A stretch of 63,703 nt of DNA, counting the filler, from Trichomonas gallinae (taxonomy: Eukaryota), in assembly GCA_008369845.1 (NCBI GenBank). It is 6 parts of 6 records of this genome, joined end to end, with 100 filler letters (N's around TTAATTAATTAA, not from the genome) between each part and the next. Parts side by side here need not be neighbours in the genome. Positions count along the whole stretch, not along the records: positions 29,679 to 52,473 come from MRSU01001204.1; positions 52,574 to 56,187 come from MRSU01001205.1; 4 more parts are not named here. One strand, 5' to 3'. The position numbers and the translations under genes were made by a program. Under the pieces are notes generated by a model. That model had not been told where the DNA came from. It was given only the letters and a program-made list of their open reading frames with translations, and did no database searches. Positions 42,711-53,099 of the stretch are shown piece by piece. Positions within the stretch are counted from its first letter, which is position 1. Every line of letters begins with the position of its first letter.

Positions 42711-43694
42711 ATGAGTTCGAAAGAAGCTGGCAATCAATCAAACAGCATCTTAGCAGCAGAGCCAGAGGCCGATGGCCCACAGTATATTCTCCAAGATTCT
42801 GATGGAGAAGAAGAAACATTTGAGCGTATTTTAAGACAAGATGCAGAGAAGAAGAAGAAACGCCGCAGATCAACAAGAGCCCAGGATTCTGACTTCCAAC
42901 GTATCGAATACCTAAGAAAAGAAATTGCCCAAGCGATTTCCATCAAAAATTTCAAGGAATGCAAAATACTCAATGAAAAGCTTGAAAACCACATTGAAAG
43001 TCTTTTCATTACAAGGCTTAACGAGCAAAACAAGAAACTCGTTGAAAATATTGAAAATCAAATTGAGCACTACAAAGGAGAAGTCAGCCGCCTTAGAGCA
43101 ACTACAAAATTCATGATCGAGCCAATTCGCATTCAAACGGACGAATCTTTTGAAGTTTTACGTGAAACACATATACAACAATTGACAGAACTCGAAAAAG
43201 AAAGGCAATTCGAGATAATGAAGAACCAAAACGTCAAGACAGGCGAAGAAGTTCGCTTAGAAGCCACAGCTCTCAATTTTGCGAGACTTAAGAGATATGA
43301 TGAGGCAGATTCGCTCCAAAGGAAGTGCAACCAGTTGCATGCAAGGAACCAGGCTGAGAGAGAAGTAAACATCCACAAGAAATACGATAAAAAGGAACAA
43401 GTTCTTTTCAACAGATTCAGAATGGAATTGGACCTTCTTAAAGTCAAATCAGATAAAGCTGTCGAAGCCGTTCATGCCCACATCGATGATTTGGTCAATC
43501 TCGAAAACAAGAAGTTAAATGTCAAATGCAAAGAATTCTTGAAGTCTGCCGTCAATAATCTGTTAGAAGGCGATGGAATTTCTGACAACATTAGTCGTGA
43601 GAGACGCGTTCACACACACAAGAGATTATTCAGCTCAGCGAGAAAAATTATCATGCAAGCTCGCTTGGAGCATATTGTTAACATGAATAATTAA
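42711..43694 (+). CDS. Coiled-coil hypothetical protein with basic NLS-like tract
   Basis: 327-aa helical ORF containing KKKKRRR. Confidence 0.8.
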   Translation: MSSKEAGNQSNSILAAEPEADGPQYILQDSDGEEETFERILRQDAEKKKKRRRSTRAQDSDFQRIEYLRKEIAQAISIKNFKECKILNEKLENHIESLFITRLNEQNKKLVENIENQIEHYKGEVSRLRATTKFMIEPIRIQTDESFEVLRETHIQQLTELEKERQFEIMKNQNVKTGEEVRLEATALNFARLKRYDEADSLQRKCNQLHARNQAEREVNIHKKYDKKEQVLFNRFRMELDLLKVKSDKAVEAVHAHIDDLVNLENKKLNVKCKEFLKSAVNNLLEGDGISDNISRERRVHTHKRLFSSARKIIMQARLEHIVNMNN

Positions 43695-44529
43695 ATTCAC
43701 TTAAACACGTTGTTTATTTCCTCGTATTTTCTCAAGTATTTTATATTTTCCTAAAATATACATTAGATTTAAGATATCATACATATATCTCGGTTATCTT
43801 ATGATGATATTTGAGGTTTTATCTAAACTTTGTCGATCCTTCCTTTCTTGTCATGATATTGAACAATATCAAAATATTTCATCACAATCACAGTTGAGAG
43901 AGAAGAGTCTTTTATTAAAAAGGATAAACAATAGCAATTGATGAATTCCATCTTATAATGATATGCATATGGAAATGATGAATTTCATTTCACAATAATA
44001 TTCATGTGTAACTAAAAAAATACTATTATGCTAACATCTATATCATACTCAACAATATATTGCACAATATCAAAAGACTGTTTCTCAACAAAAATTGAAT
44101 GAAGAAGAATAAAATATCGTATTATTGATTATTGATTAAAAATTGCAGCGCAAAATTATTATATAAGTTCAACATATAATGAAAATGCTAATAACAAAAC
44201 AAGATTTTCGATGGGATATTATAACAGGGGCTGAATAAAAATTAAAGGGGATATCAGAATTCGCCAAAATTTTTGGATTATCAAGAGTTTGGAGATTTGG
44301 AATATATTCATATTTAGCCACAATAGACGATGATACATATATATTAAGGTTTGTTGGCAAAATATATTTCTGTTTTTTCAAAAACTTCTCTCTTTTTGAT
44401 TCTTTCATTGCTAAATAAGCTAAATATGTCATAAAGATGCAATAAATAATGTTAAAACGAGAAAAAATAAAATCATTTTTCACCGGAAAAAATTTGCGGT
44501 GAAGTAAAAAAATTTTTTTTGTTTATCGT

Positions 44530-44537
44530 TCATTTTT
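44530..44537 (+). promoter_or_regulatory. Inr-like element TCATTTTT
   Basis: Ends 4 nt before the ATG at 44542. Confidence 0.65.
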
Positions 44538-44541
44538 ATAA

Positions 44542-45120
44542 ATGGGTCTTTTCGGCAAGAAGATCTCTCCAGAAGAAAAGCTTAAAAACTTCAAGCTCTC
44601 CATCCGCAAGTCCTGCCGCGAAATCGAGCGTGAAAGGAGGCGTCTTGAGCAAAATGAAGTCAAAATGAAAAATGAAATGAAGAAACTCGCCGCCAAGAAC
44701 GAAACAGAGTCCGTTATGATCATCGCTAAGGATCTCGTCCGCAATCGCAGTGCTATGAAGAAGTTCCTCAAACTCGGTTCTCAGCTTGAGTCGTTAGGTC
44801 TTCGTATTGAAACAATCAAGGCACAGGCCGGCGTTACAGCTGCTCTCAAGGGTGCTGCTGGTGCTATGGCACACCTCAACCACATGGTTAACTTGCCACA
44901 AATGCAGGCAATTATGATGAAATTCATGCAGGAAAACGAAATGATGGACATGAAGAGCGAAATGGTCGACGAACAAATGGATGACCTTTGGGATGATGAG
45001 GGAACAATGGAAGAAGATACAGCTGCTCAATACTCCCAGATCTTCGCTGAAATGGGTATCCCAGTCCCAGCTAGTGTCGCTGCTGCAGCTGGTGAAGGAC
45101 CAATCGCAGGTGTTGCTTAA
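44542..45120 (+). CDS. VPS2: ESCRT-III subunit Vps2/CHMP2 (Snf7 family)
   Basis: MGLFGKKISPEE, REIERERRRLEQNE, AKDLVRNR and NLPQMQAIMMKF match CHMP2A. Confidence 0.9.
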   Translation: MGLFGKKISPEEKLKNFKLSIRKSCREIERERRRLEQNEVKMKNEMKKLAAKNETESVMIIAKDLVRNRSAMKKFLKLGSQLESLGLRIETIKAQAGVTAALKGAAGAMAHLNHMVNLPQMQAIMMKFMQENEMMDMKSEMVDEQMDDLWDDEGTMEEDTAAQYSQIFAEMGIPVPASVAAAAGEGPIAGVA

Positions 45121-45257
45121 AAACTCCAAGATTATTGTTTCATTTTTTTATCATTTTAAAAATTTCAGATTTTATGATTCTATTTCGAGAATTATTCATA
45201 TATTAAAGATTAAAATATATTTCTCACATTAAAAATTTATAATTTTTATTGTTTCAG

Positions 45258-47159
45258 ATGTTATGGGGATTTGAAGTTGCTGTTGCTATATATTTTGGCT
45301 ACGAATTCGTAAGCTTATTCGCTGCCAAAACGTTTGATGGTTTCCAGAGGCTCGCAATTGGAACAACCATCGGAATAATAATTCAAACTTGGTTTGTATT
45401 CATTATTTCCTATTTTATTGAGTTGGCACCTCCTCTAGGACTCATAACAATCATTGTTTTCCTTGCTTTATCGCAAATTATCCATCAGATAAATCATAAA
45501 AATAATGTTAAAATGGAATTCAAGATTACGACAATACAAATATGGACGTATTCGATTTCCTTCGCTTTCTGGTTCTATACAATGTACTTATCTATGTTTG
45601 AAAATAATGAATATTCAAAAGGCTCAGGATTTTCAGATTTAGGCTTCCATTTGAATATTATTTCGTCTATTACGCACGGCATTAACCACAGAAGGCCAAA
45701 ACTCATGAGTTTAAGAAGCACATTTTATGCGGGCGTTGATCTCGTTTATCCTTTCATTCCGAACTTTTATTCCGCATTCCTTATATCAACTGGGCACTGC
45801 TCTATAAGATATTCACTAATGATACCTTCTACACTTGTTGGCTGGTCTTTTATTGTCGGTTTATATTCATTGACCCTTCTATTAGCGAGATCTCATCTTG
45901 CATCGGCTTTATCCATATTTATATTCTTCAATTTAGGCGGGTTTGGCTTCTTGTCGCTTTTGGAGAAAGAATGCAGAGATTTACCAATGTGGGATTTAGA
46001 TTTCTCGGTTTGCAACCGTGGAAAGAACTATTATTGGTTCCATCCAATCACACATGTCTTAATTCCGCAGAGGGCATCACTCTGGGCTTACCCTTTACTG
46101 CTTTGGACTTATACTTCTTTAATTATTTCAATAATTAAGAAAGATTTTAAGCTAATGGCTTTAGCTGGTATATTAACAGGTGTGATGCCATTTGTGCAGT
46201 TACATGCTTACGTTTCTGTTGCTCAATGGTCAGTTTTGTACTGCTTGATAAAATTAATCGAAAAAGAATGGAGAAGATTCAAACAGTATTTCATGATATG
46301 GTCACTATATGGTGCAATTGCTATTTCTCTAGCTCTACCACAAATGCCTCTTTATTTGAAGAGAGTTAATAACGCATCTTACAAATTCCTCGATTTTAAT
46401 CCAATTTGGAACTACAATGACCTAGATTGTGAAGATAACATATTCAAGCCAGTCATGCTTTGGATCAAATCGCTTGGATTTTTTGCAATAATTTCATTAT
46501 TCGGTGGAATTTTAGTATTGAACAAATTCCAGTTTTTGTGCTACATACCAAGCTTAATTATTTTCATTTTCGCCAACCTTATATTGTATCAGCCATGGGC
46601 TCCAGATAACACGAAAATCTTTTATACAGGGTGGATTCCTTTTGCTGTTCCAGTCGTCGCAAATTTCCTGCAAAAATTGGTTATGATTAATACGAAAAAA
46701 GTTTTTGAAATCATCAGTTATTTTATTTTAATTTTAATTCTTGTTATCACTTGTTTGAGCGGATTTTTGACTACAGTGACAACATATAACTATCCTATAT
46801 CCATGTTCAAGGAAAAAGGCGCGTTTAAGTTCGGTCTGTGGGTCGCAGAAAACACACCAATTAACGCGATATTCAGTGTCGATGGCGGGCCTGGAAATCC
46901 TGTTCCTACAATAGGAGGAAGGCAGATGTACTGCGGATATGGAGGCTGGATATACACGCACGGGTTGAGCATGGACAGGTGGTATGAAACAGTAGGAATA
47001 GCAAGAGATTCGTCTAATTTTACTTTCTTCAATTCAAACAATATACTTTATGCAGGAAACATAGCAACAACTGATTATTCATTTGCAAAACCAAAAAGTG
47101 GATGGACAACTGTTTATGAAGGAGATAATAATTATCTTTATAGAATTGTCAAGAATTAG
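45258..47159 (+). CDS. Polytopic membrane protein, putative GT-C-fold glycosyltransferase
   Basis: About 13 TMs; luminal SDLGFHLNII, YPFIPNF, PQRA and WAPDNTK; soluble C-terminal domain with TPINAIF and GRQMYCGYGGW. First ATG at 45258. Confidence 0.55.
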   Translation: MLWGFEVAVAIYFGYEFVSLFAAKTFDGFQRLAIGTTIGIIIQTWFVFIISYFIELAPPLGLITIIVFLALSQIIHQINHKNNVKMEFKITTIQIWTYSISFAFWFYTMYLSMFENNEYSKGSGFSDLGFHLNIISSITHGINHRRPKLMSLRSTFYAGVDLVYPFIPNFYSAFLISTGHCSIRYSLMIPSTLVGWSFIVGLYSLTLLLARSHLASALSIFIFFNLGGFGFLSLLEKECRDLPMWDLDFSVCNRGKNYYWFHPITHVLIPQRASLWAYPLLLWTYTSLIISIIKKDFKLMALAGILTGVMPFVQLHAYVSVAQWSVLYCLIKLIEKEWRRFKQYFMIWSLYGAIAISLALPQMPLYLKRVNNASYKFLDFNPIWNYNDLDCEDNIFKPVMLWIKSLGFFAIISLFGGILVLNKFQFLCYIPSLIIFIFANLILYQPWAPDNTKIFYTGWIPFAVPVVANFLQKLVMINTKKVFEIISYFILILILVITCLSGFLTTVTTYNYPISMFKEKGAFKFGLWVAENTPINAIFSVDGGPGNPVPTIGGRQMYCGYGGWIYTHGLSMDRWYETVGIARDSSNFTFFNSNNILYAGNIATTDYSFAKPKSGWTTVYEGDNNYLYRIVKN

Positions 47160-47250
47160 AATTAATTTATACATATATTGTGTCTTTATATTAAATATCT
47201 ATAGAATTCAACAGAAAAAATTTCATTTTTTTTTAATTAATTTTTAATTG

Positions 47251-48363
47251 ATGAGAAGATCAAATAAGAAGCATTCTAAAGATCGAAAAGCGAAACAGAA
47301 GGATGAGTCAAGTGATTATGATGAAGATAAACGTTTTGAAATGCAAAAGAAAAAATCTCGAAAAAATTATTCATCTTCAAACTCTCCAATTGATGAAGAA
47401 AGTGAATCGGAATCAGAAAGTTATTCATTTGATCCGGATAAAGATACATCAGTAGCATTAAATTCAGAAAACAAATTAAAAAATTCTCGAAGGAATGAAA
47501 AGAATGAACAAATTACTCCGAAACAAGCAAAAATCAAATCACCGGACGACAAAAATGATGTTTGTTCTAGACTAAAACCAATACAAAAATTATCAAAAAT
47601 CAAAAGAGAAAGATTTTTCAGGAAAGCAAATCTCAAATCGCGTGAATTTTCAGTACTAGAAGAATCACGTAAAGAAGAAGAACGACAAAAGCAAAAATTA
47701 TTCAATGCAATAAATTCATTCAAAGGATCAAATCACGACTTGTTTTCAGTTGATATTGATACTAGAGAAATGCAATTATGCAATATTAGATTCGAAAGAA
47801 GTCAAATCGAAGGATTCGGTGTAAGAACGACAATTCCGCTTAAAAAAGGCGACAAAGTTATTGAATACATAGGAGAAATCATTCGCCCGATTATTGCAGA
47901 TAAAAGACAAATTCATTACGAACATTTAGGAAATATGGGAACCTACGTGTTTAAAGTAGATGCAGAGCATTTTTTAGATGCAACACAAAGAGGTGGAATT
48001 GCCAGATGGATCAATCACAGTTGTGATCCAAATTGCGAATCAAAATTAATGAAAATCAACGGAAGAACAGCTGTTGTTCTTGTAGCATTGAAAGATATCA
48101 AACCTTGTGAAGAACTCACATATGATTATAAGCTTCCATATGAATCTGAAAAGAAAGCAATTAAATGTCTATGCGGTTCATCGAATTGCAGAGGTTGGCT
48201 TAATAGAGACAAGAATTCGATAGATGATAAAACGTTTAGCGAAGTTAAATTCAAAAATATCAGTGAAGATGCTTTAATTTTGCTTGTTAGAGAAAAAATA
48301 CTTCCATTAGAATTGTTTAAGGCCGATGCAGAAATATACACATCACGAACAGCAAAAGACTAA
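47251..48363 (+). CDS. SET-domain histone lysine methyltransferase, Set1/Trithorax-like, with post-SET
   Basis: SQIEGFGV, VIEYIGEII, DATQRGGIARWINHSCDPNC, EELTYDYK and CLCGSSNCRGWLN. Confidence 0.92.
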   Translation: MRRSNKKHSKDRKAKQKDESSDYDEDKRFEMQKKKSRKNYSSSNSPIDEESESESESYSFDPDKDTSVALNSENKLKNSRRNEKNEQITPKQAKIKSPDDKNDVCSRLKPIQKLSKIKRERFFRKANLKSREFSVLEESRKEEERQKQKLFNAINSFKGSNHDLFSVDIDTREMQLCNIRFERSQIEGFGVRTTIPLKKGDKVIEYIGEIIRPIIADKRQIHYEHLGNMGTYVFKVDAEHFLDATQRGGIARWINHSCDPNCESKLMKINGRTAVVLVALKDIKPCEELTYDYKLPYESEKKAIKCLCGSSNCRGWLNRDKNSIDDKTFSEVKFKNISEDALILLVREKILPLELFKADAEIYTSRTAKD

Positions 48364-48706
48364 TATTTAATTTCATCAATTTTATATTAACTCATTTACA
48401 CAATCATAACCAAGCTAATGCATTTCAACACATATAATAGTGAAGCTATTAGCTATAAGAGTTCGCAATTTTCTACAAAAAAATTATTTTAATAATTTAT
48501 TTAGATTTAAGCAAAAACATTTCAGAAATGGAAGTAGTTGTTATATACATATTAATTTGTTAATAAAACTTCATCATTCAATAAAAATATTTTTCATATA
48601 TTTTTATTTCATTAAAAATCAATAAAAAAGAGAGATAATTGATATAATACTGTATTTTAGTAAACTGACCATAATTTCAAATAAAAATAAAATAATATTA
48701 AAAAAG

Positions 48707-51085
48707 TTAAAGTTCTGCGTTCTTTTCTGTTTGTGTTGTTGACTCAGCAGTTGGTGCTGGTGTTGCAGCAGGTGTTGGCTCAGATGTCGAAGCAGCTGGT
48801 GTTGTCTCTGGTGTTGGAGAAGGTGTAGAAGGTGGCGGAGTTGGAGAAGGTGTAGATTTAGAAGTCTTAGAATCAGTCGGATCAACAACTTTCACGTTTT
48901 CTTCTCCCATTCCTAAGAAGTTCTTGACTTTAGAGAACAATGATGGCTTCTGTGTTGGTTCTGGTGTCGGGACTGGTGTTGGCTTTGGTGTTCTATCGAG
49001 TCTCTGGAAGTCTTCCAACAAAGACAAAGCTTTCTGTCTGACTTCAATTGAAGTGATGTTGCAGTCTTCGTATAATGGTGTGTCTTTGATTACTTGAGTC
49101 AGTCTCATGGCGAACATCATTGTCTCATTGAGCTTGTCATTGAATGCTTCAACTTCATTCTTCGGCAGCCATGTCTTGTTGACAGGCCAATCAACGAAAG
49201 CTGTCATCATAACATTCTTAAGTGTAGACTGCATGAGTTTATCGAAATTCTCTAATCTCTTTCTTTCGTCGATTCTCGTCCAAACTGGCTGAACATAGCT
49301 TAAGAGTTCTTTATATGGGACAGTAAACTGTGTTTCATTGTGTATTGAGTCTGCGTGCTCATTGATCCATGCCTTCATCTTGTTTGCAGCGTTTGTTACT
49401 TGTATTAACTGTGTAGGACTCATGTGGTCCTTGACTGTCTGGTTGTTCTCGATTTCATCTAATATCCTGTGTGTCAACTGCTCGAGCTGCATGCGCGCGT
49501 TCGCTGTGTTTCTGCGTCTCGCTATCGATCTTAATATTGTCGTAACAGCAGAGGATGGACCACTAGTGACTAAAGTAGAATAGGAGCCTGTTGTTATTGA
49601 GGAGTTTTCACCTAAGAACTTCTCTGTCTGGTTGATGCCTGTTGGATTATGTCTGAAAGTGACAGTTGCATTTGACACATTCTTGAGATTAAAGTTATAA
49701 ACATATTTCGTTGACTTGACTGGAAGAGGAAGCTCGTCTTGGTTGTAGACTAATGATAATTCAGCTCCCAAGTCAGTTAAGTTGACTCTGTCTTCGCATT
49801 TCTCGCCGCGTTTGCAGATGTCGAGTTTCTTATCATCATATTCAACTGAGATTGATAAAACTGGAAATTCGTCGGACCAGCCGATAGCTGAGAGCCTCGA
49901 ATTCTTGTGGTGGTACTGCATGGCGTAGCCTCCACCGAATGCAACTGTTTCGTCCGCGTTGAGATTAGTATTGATTGTTGTATTCAACATTTCTTGCAAA
50001 AATGCTGAAATGCCCCAAAGCCTTGAGCTGCCGCCGATGATTTGTACAGAGTCGAATGTGACATTCTTTGTGGCGTCTTTAACAACCTTTTCGATCTCTT
50101 CGTTCAATGGCTGGACAAGAGATTTCAATTCATCCTCTGTCATAACGAGATTGAGCTCATCGTGCGAGCCAATGTCTTCTACGTATGTTGATGACTTGTG
50201 GATTGCTGAGAATGAGATTGCAGACTTAAGTTTTTCGCAGCCAGTGAATAACCTTCTTTTTTCTGCTTCTGTGAGATCCTTAAGATCGTGTTTCTTGATG
50301 AAATGTTCAACCATTCTTGATGTGACGAATGCTCCACCTTCCTTATTCGAAATAGAGTAAGATAGTTTTGTGATATTAACATTTGCTGTTGGAAGCTTAG
50401 TATTTTTGATTAATTCGAAGCGTCCTGCATATGCCTTGATGGATGTGGCACCAACATCGATGAATAAAACTGTTTGCGGCTTATCAGAGAATAATCTGAT
50501 TCTTTCGACACCATAGTAAGTAAATGTGGCTTCATTGTCCAAAATCACACCACTATACTTCTGCTTTGAATTCTTGATGGCATTTGAAACTATTTCGCGT
50601 TGTCTGGCAGTAAATGTTGCTGGAACAATAACAGATAAAGTATTTACAGATTTTTCACCGGAAACACTTGCAGCATACATATTCAAGTACAATGCAAGTG
50701 TATCTTCGTAGTCAAAGCGAGAAATTGATTTGTTCAAATAAATTTTTTCGCTGAATTTCTTTGATTCTTCTTCCTGGAGGTCGATGTTGTACATGAAGTA
50801 GCCTGCACCAAAATATGGACGGAAATCTATTTGGCTGATAGCTTTTTGTCCAATATGAGGAGTAACATTCTCCAATTCTTCCGTAGAATATGGTGTAGTT
50901 ACAGAAACATCAGGCTGCTTCTTAAATCGGAATGCTATAAAAGATGGTGTTAATCTTTTTGAATCCGAGTTTTCAGTCATAGTTGGGAAAGAAGAGGAGT
51001 TGAAAGAAGATGATTTACTGAAAGCCGTTCCTAAGTCTACAGCGATGCATCGCGAATTCGCTAAATTGAACAGAAAAGACAGCAT
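48707..51085 (-). CDS. ER-type Hsp70-superfamily chaperone (Grp170/Lhs1-like)
   Basis: Signal peptide; AVDLGT, KRLTPS, FIDVGA, IIGGSSR and NADETVAFG; Pro/Thr tail ending NAEL (KDEL-like). Start MLSFLF at 51085. Confidence 0.85.
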   Translation of the reverse strand: MLSFLFNLANSRCIAVDLGTAFSKSSSFNSSSFPTMTENSDSKRLTPSFIAFRFKKQPDVSVTTPYSTEELENVTPHIGQKAISQIDFRPYFGAGYFMYNIDLQEEESKKFSEKIYLNKSISRFDYEDTLALYLNMYAASVSGEKSVNTLSVIVPATFTARQREIVSNAIKNSKQKYSGVILDNEATFTYYGVERIRLFSDKPQTVLFIDVGATSIKAYAGRFELIKNTKLPTANVNITKLSYSISNKEGGAFVTSRMVEHFIKKHDLKDLTEAEKRRLFTGCEKLKSAISFSAIHKSSTYVEDIGSHDELNLVMTEDELKSLVQPLNEEIEKVVKDATKNVTFDSVQIIGGSSRLWGISAFLQEMLNTTINTNLNADETVAFGGGYAMQYHHKNSRLSAIGWSDEFPVLSISVEYDDKKLDICKRGEKCEDRVNLTDLGAELSLVYNQDELPLPVKSTKYVYNFNLKNVSNATVTFRHNPTGINQTEKFLGENSSITTGSYSTLVTSGPSSAVTTILRSIARRRNTANARMQLEQLTHRILDEIENNQTVKDHMSPTQLIQVTNAANKMKAWINEHADSIHNETQFTVPYKELLSYVQPVWTRIDERKRLENFDKLMQSTLKNVMMTAFVDWPVNKTWLPKNEVEAFNDKLNETMMFAMRLTQVIKDTPLYEDCNITSIEVRQKALSLLEDFQRLDRTPKPTPVPTPEPTQKPSLFSKVKNFLGMGEENVKVVDPTDSKTSKSTPSPTPPPSTPSPTPETTPAASTSEPTPAATPAPTAESTTQTEKNAEL

Positions 51086-51718
51086 TTTTTTGAATCCGGC
51101 CAAATTGACAAAGATATGAGTGTAACCACATCTGACTCCTTATGATCACATATTTGCCTTTAGATAATGCATCTGGATATGTTTATATAGTACAAATCGG
51201 CCAATTTCAGTTTTTTTCACATTTTCCTTGTTTTCGATTATTTTTGTAATGAATCTATCTTGTATATTTGGACTATTTTTGGCATAAATAGACTATTTTT
51301 AGCTAACAAAAGGCTAAAATAACAAATCATGAAATTAGACTAATTTCGATAAAAGTACCAATCTGACTTTACTAATATAATATAGACATCTAAAGATATA
51401 CATTTTTATATTCAAAAGGCGTGAAATAGCAATTCTTTTTATAATTTTTTTTTTTGGTTTCATGGTCTGATGAAATAATCTTCTTGAGATATAATGATTG
51501 CATTAACACAATAAAAGAATTGCAATTTTGATTTTAAATAAATATGTTAAATTGATTTAGCAGTAAGATGTAGGATAAAAAACTATATTACTTTTTTTAA
51601 AAAAGTAAATTTATTACATTGCCTGCCTTTCATTACAAGACAGATTGTTCTAAATATAATGAAAAAACAGAATTCATTATAAGTGATACTGATAAGTCAG
51701 CATAGCTGGCAAATCAAC

Positions 51719-52129
51719 TTATAGAAGGAATTCTGTTGATTCAAATTGATCGAACACTTCAAAAGGATCTATGTCAGGGAACATTTCAAATGAGTCGTTA
51801 AACTCTGTTATAGCCCCTAAGTTTTCCACATGTGAAAACTCAGGAGGTGTTGGACACTGAGGTACCAGCTGACATGAAGGGATAACAGGTGCGCACTGTG
51901 GGATAAACTGAGGCTTGCATTCAAAGTTTGGATGCGTTAATAGTTGGGGAATTTGAGTATTCATTAAAGAAGCACAAAACTTTGGGTTTTTGCATTCTTT
52001 CTCGAAAAACTCGATTTGGCGCTTCTTTTGACGACGGAGTGTCCAGACTGGCTTTCCAAGAGTCTCCGTTGTGACTGTCTTATCTTCATTGATGAAGTGA
52101 ATGAACTGGAGCCTGCCTGCGTTCTTCAT
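51719..52129 (-). CDS. Small hypothetical protein (136 aa)
   Basis: ATG ORF with basic N-terminus and acidic/aromatic C-terminus; CCTTTCAT lies just upstream. Confidence 0.7.
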   Translation of the reverse strand: MKNAGRLQFIHFINEDKTVTTETLGKPVWTLRRQKKRQIEFFEKECKNPKFCASLMNTQIPQLLTHPNFECKPQFIPQCAPVIPSCQLVPQCPTPPEFSHVENLGAITEFNDSFEMFPDIDPFEVFDQFESTEFLL

Positions 52130-52473
52130 TTGGTTTTATGAAAGGAGACGGTTTAAACGGGTTGGCCTGAATTATATCAAAATTTGAAATCTTTACAAAC
52201 CATAGATTTGGTTTATATTCCAAATGATATACCTATCCATATTTATCAATTTATTTCCATAAAAAGGGGATGCATCTTTTCAATTTTTTTGACCTATAAT
52301 TCATTTGTCAATTTTTGCCAATTAAATAAACTGAAAAACAAATAAACATAATTTTTGGAGTCACCTAAATACATAGATCATTAATATTACACTTTTTATA
52401 GATTTTTATATATAATTCTCCACGAATTTCTCGAATTTTGCGATTCTTTTTTTGCCAATAAAGGGGGGGGGGG

Positions 52474-52573
52474 NNNNNNNNNNNNNNNNNNNNNNNNNNN
52501 NNNNNNNNNNNNNNNNNTTAATTAATTAANNNNNNNNNNNNNNNNNNNNNNNNNNNNNNNNNNNNNNNNNNNN
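52474..52573. other. Artificial 100-bp contig linker
   Basis: N-run with central TTAATTAATTAA; the preceding contig ends in a G homopolymer. Confidence 0.97.
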
Positions 52574-53099
52574 GCAAGAAAAGGACTGGAGATGGAGTTG
52601 CTCGTGAAGCGATTCTTCAAGTCCGAAAATTGAATACTGACATTTTTCAGCCCAATAAATTAAATCTTGAAAATCAATTTATCATCGATAAATAACAATT
52701 AAAATACTAACAACAGATCTGAATGCGAACAAATATATGATTATATATGAAATAACTCTTAGATATCTAGTAGTTGTTTTATTATATCAATATTTTTCCA
52801 TCTATTTGTATAGAGCTTAAATTAATGACATATTCATACTTTAATTGTTGTATGATAAAATATTAACTAGGTTGTTTATTCTGATAAGTTGTATATTTGT
52901 TGAAATAAAAATAAAGTTTTTATTTTGCAAATTTTAATCGAAACATAGATATAATATGATGTGTAGATGCATATTACAACAAAATAATTCAAATTGAAAA
53001 TAGAAAATTTTCGCTAAATTTTTGGTGAAAAACAACACATCAATGGATATAAGAATAAGATACACCGACTTTTTTACATTTTTTTTTTCAGAAAGATAA

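Noticed and set aside
44169..44483. 104-aa minus-strand ORF
   Set aside because: Non-ATG start, AT-rich I/F/K composition typical of spurious ORFs.
52463..52473. G homopolymer as telomere or G-quadruplex
   Set aside because: Single run at a contig end; probably the cause of the assembly break or an artefact.
52574..52700. Gene tail after the gap
   Set aside because: Two frames are briefly open; too short to assign a frame or product.
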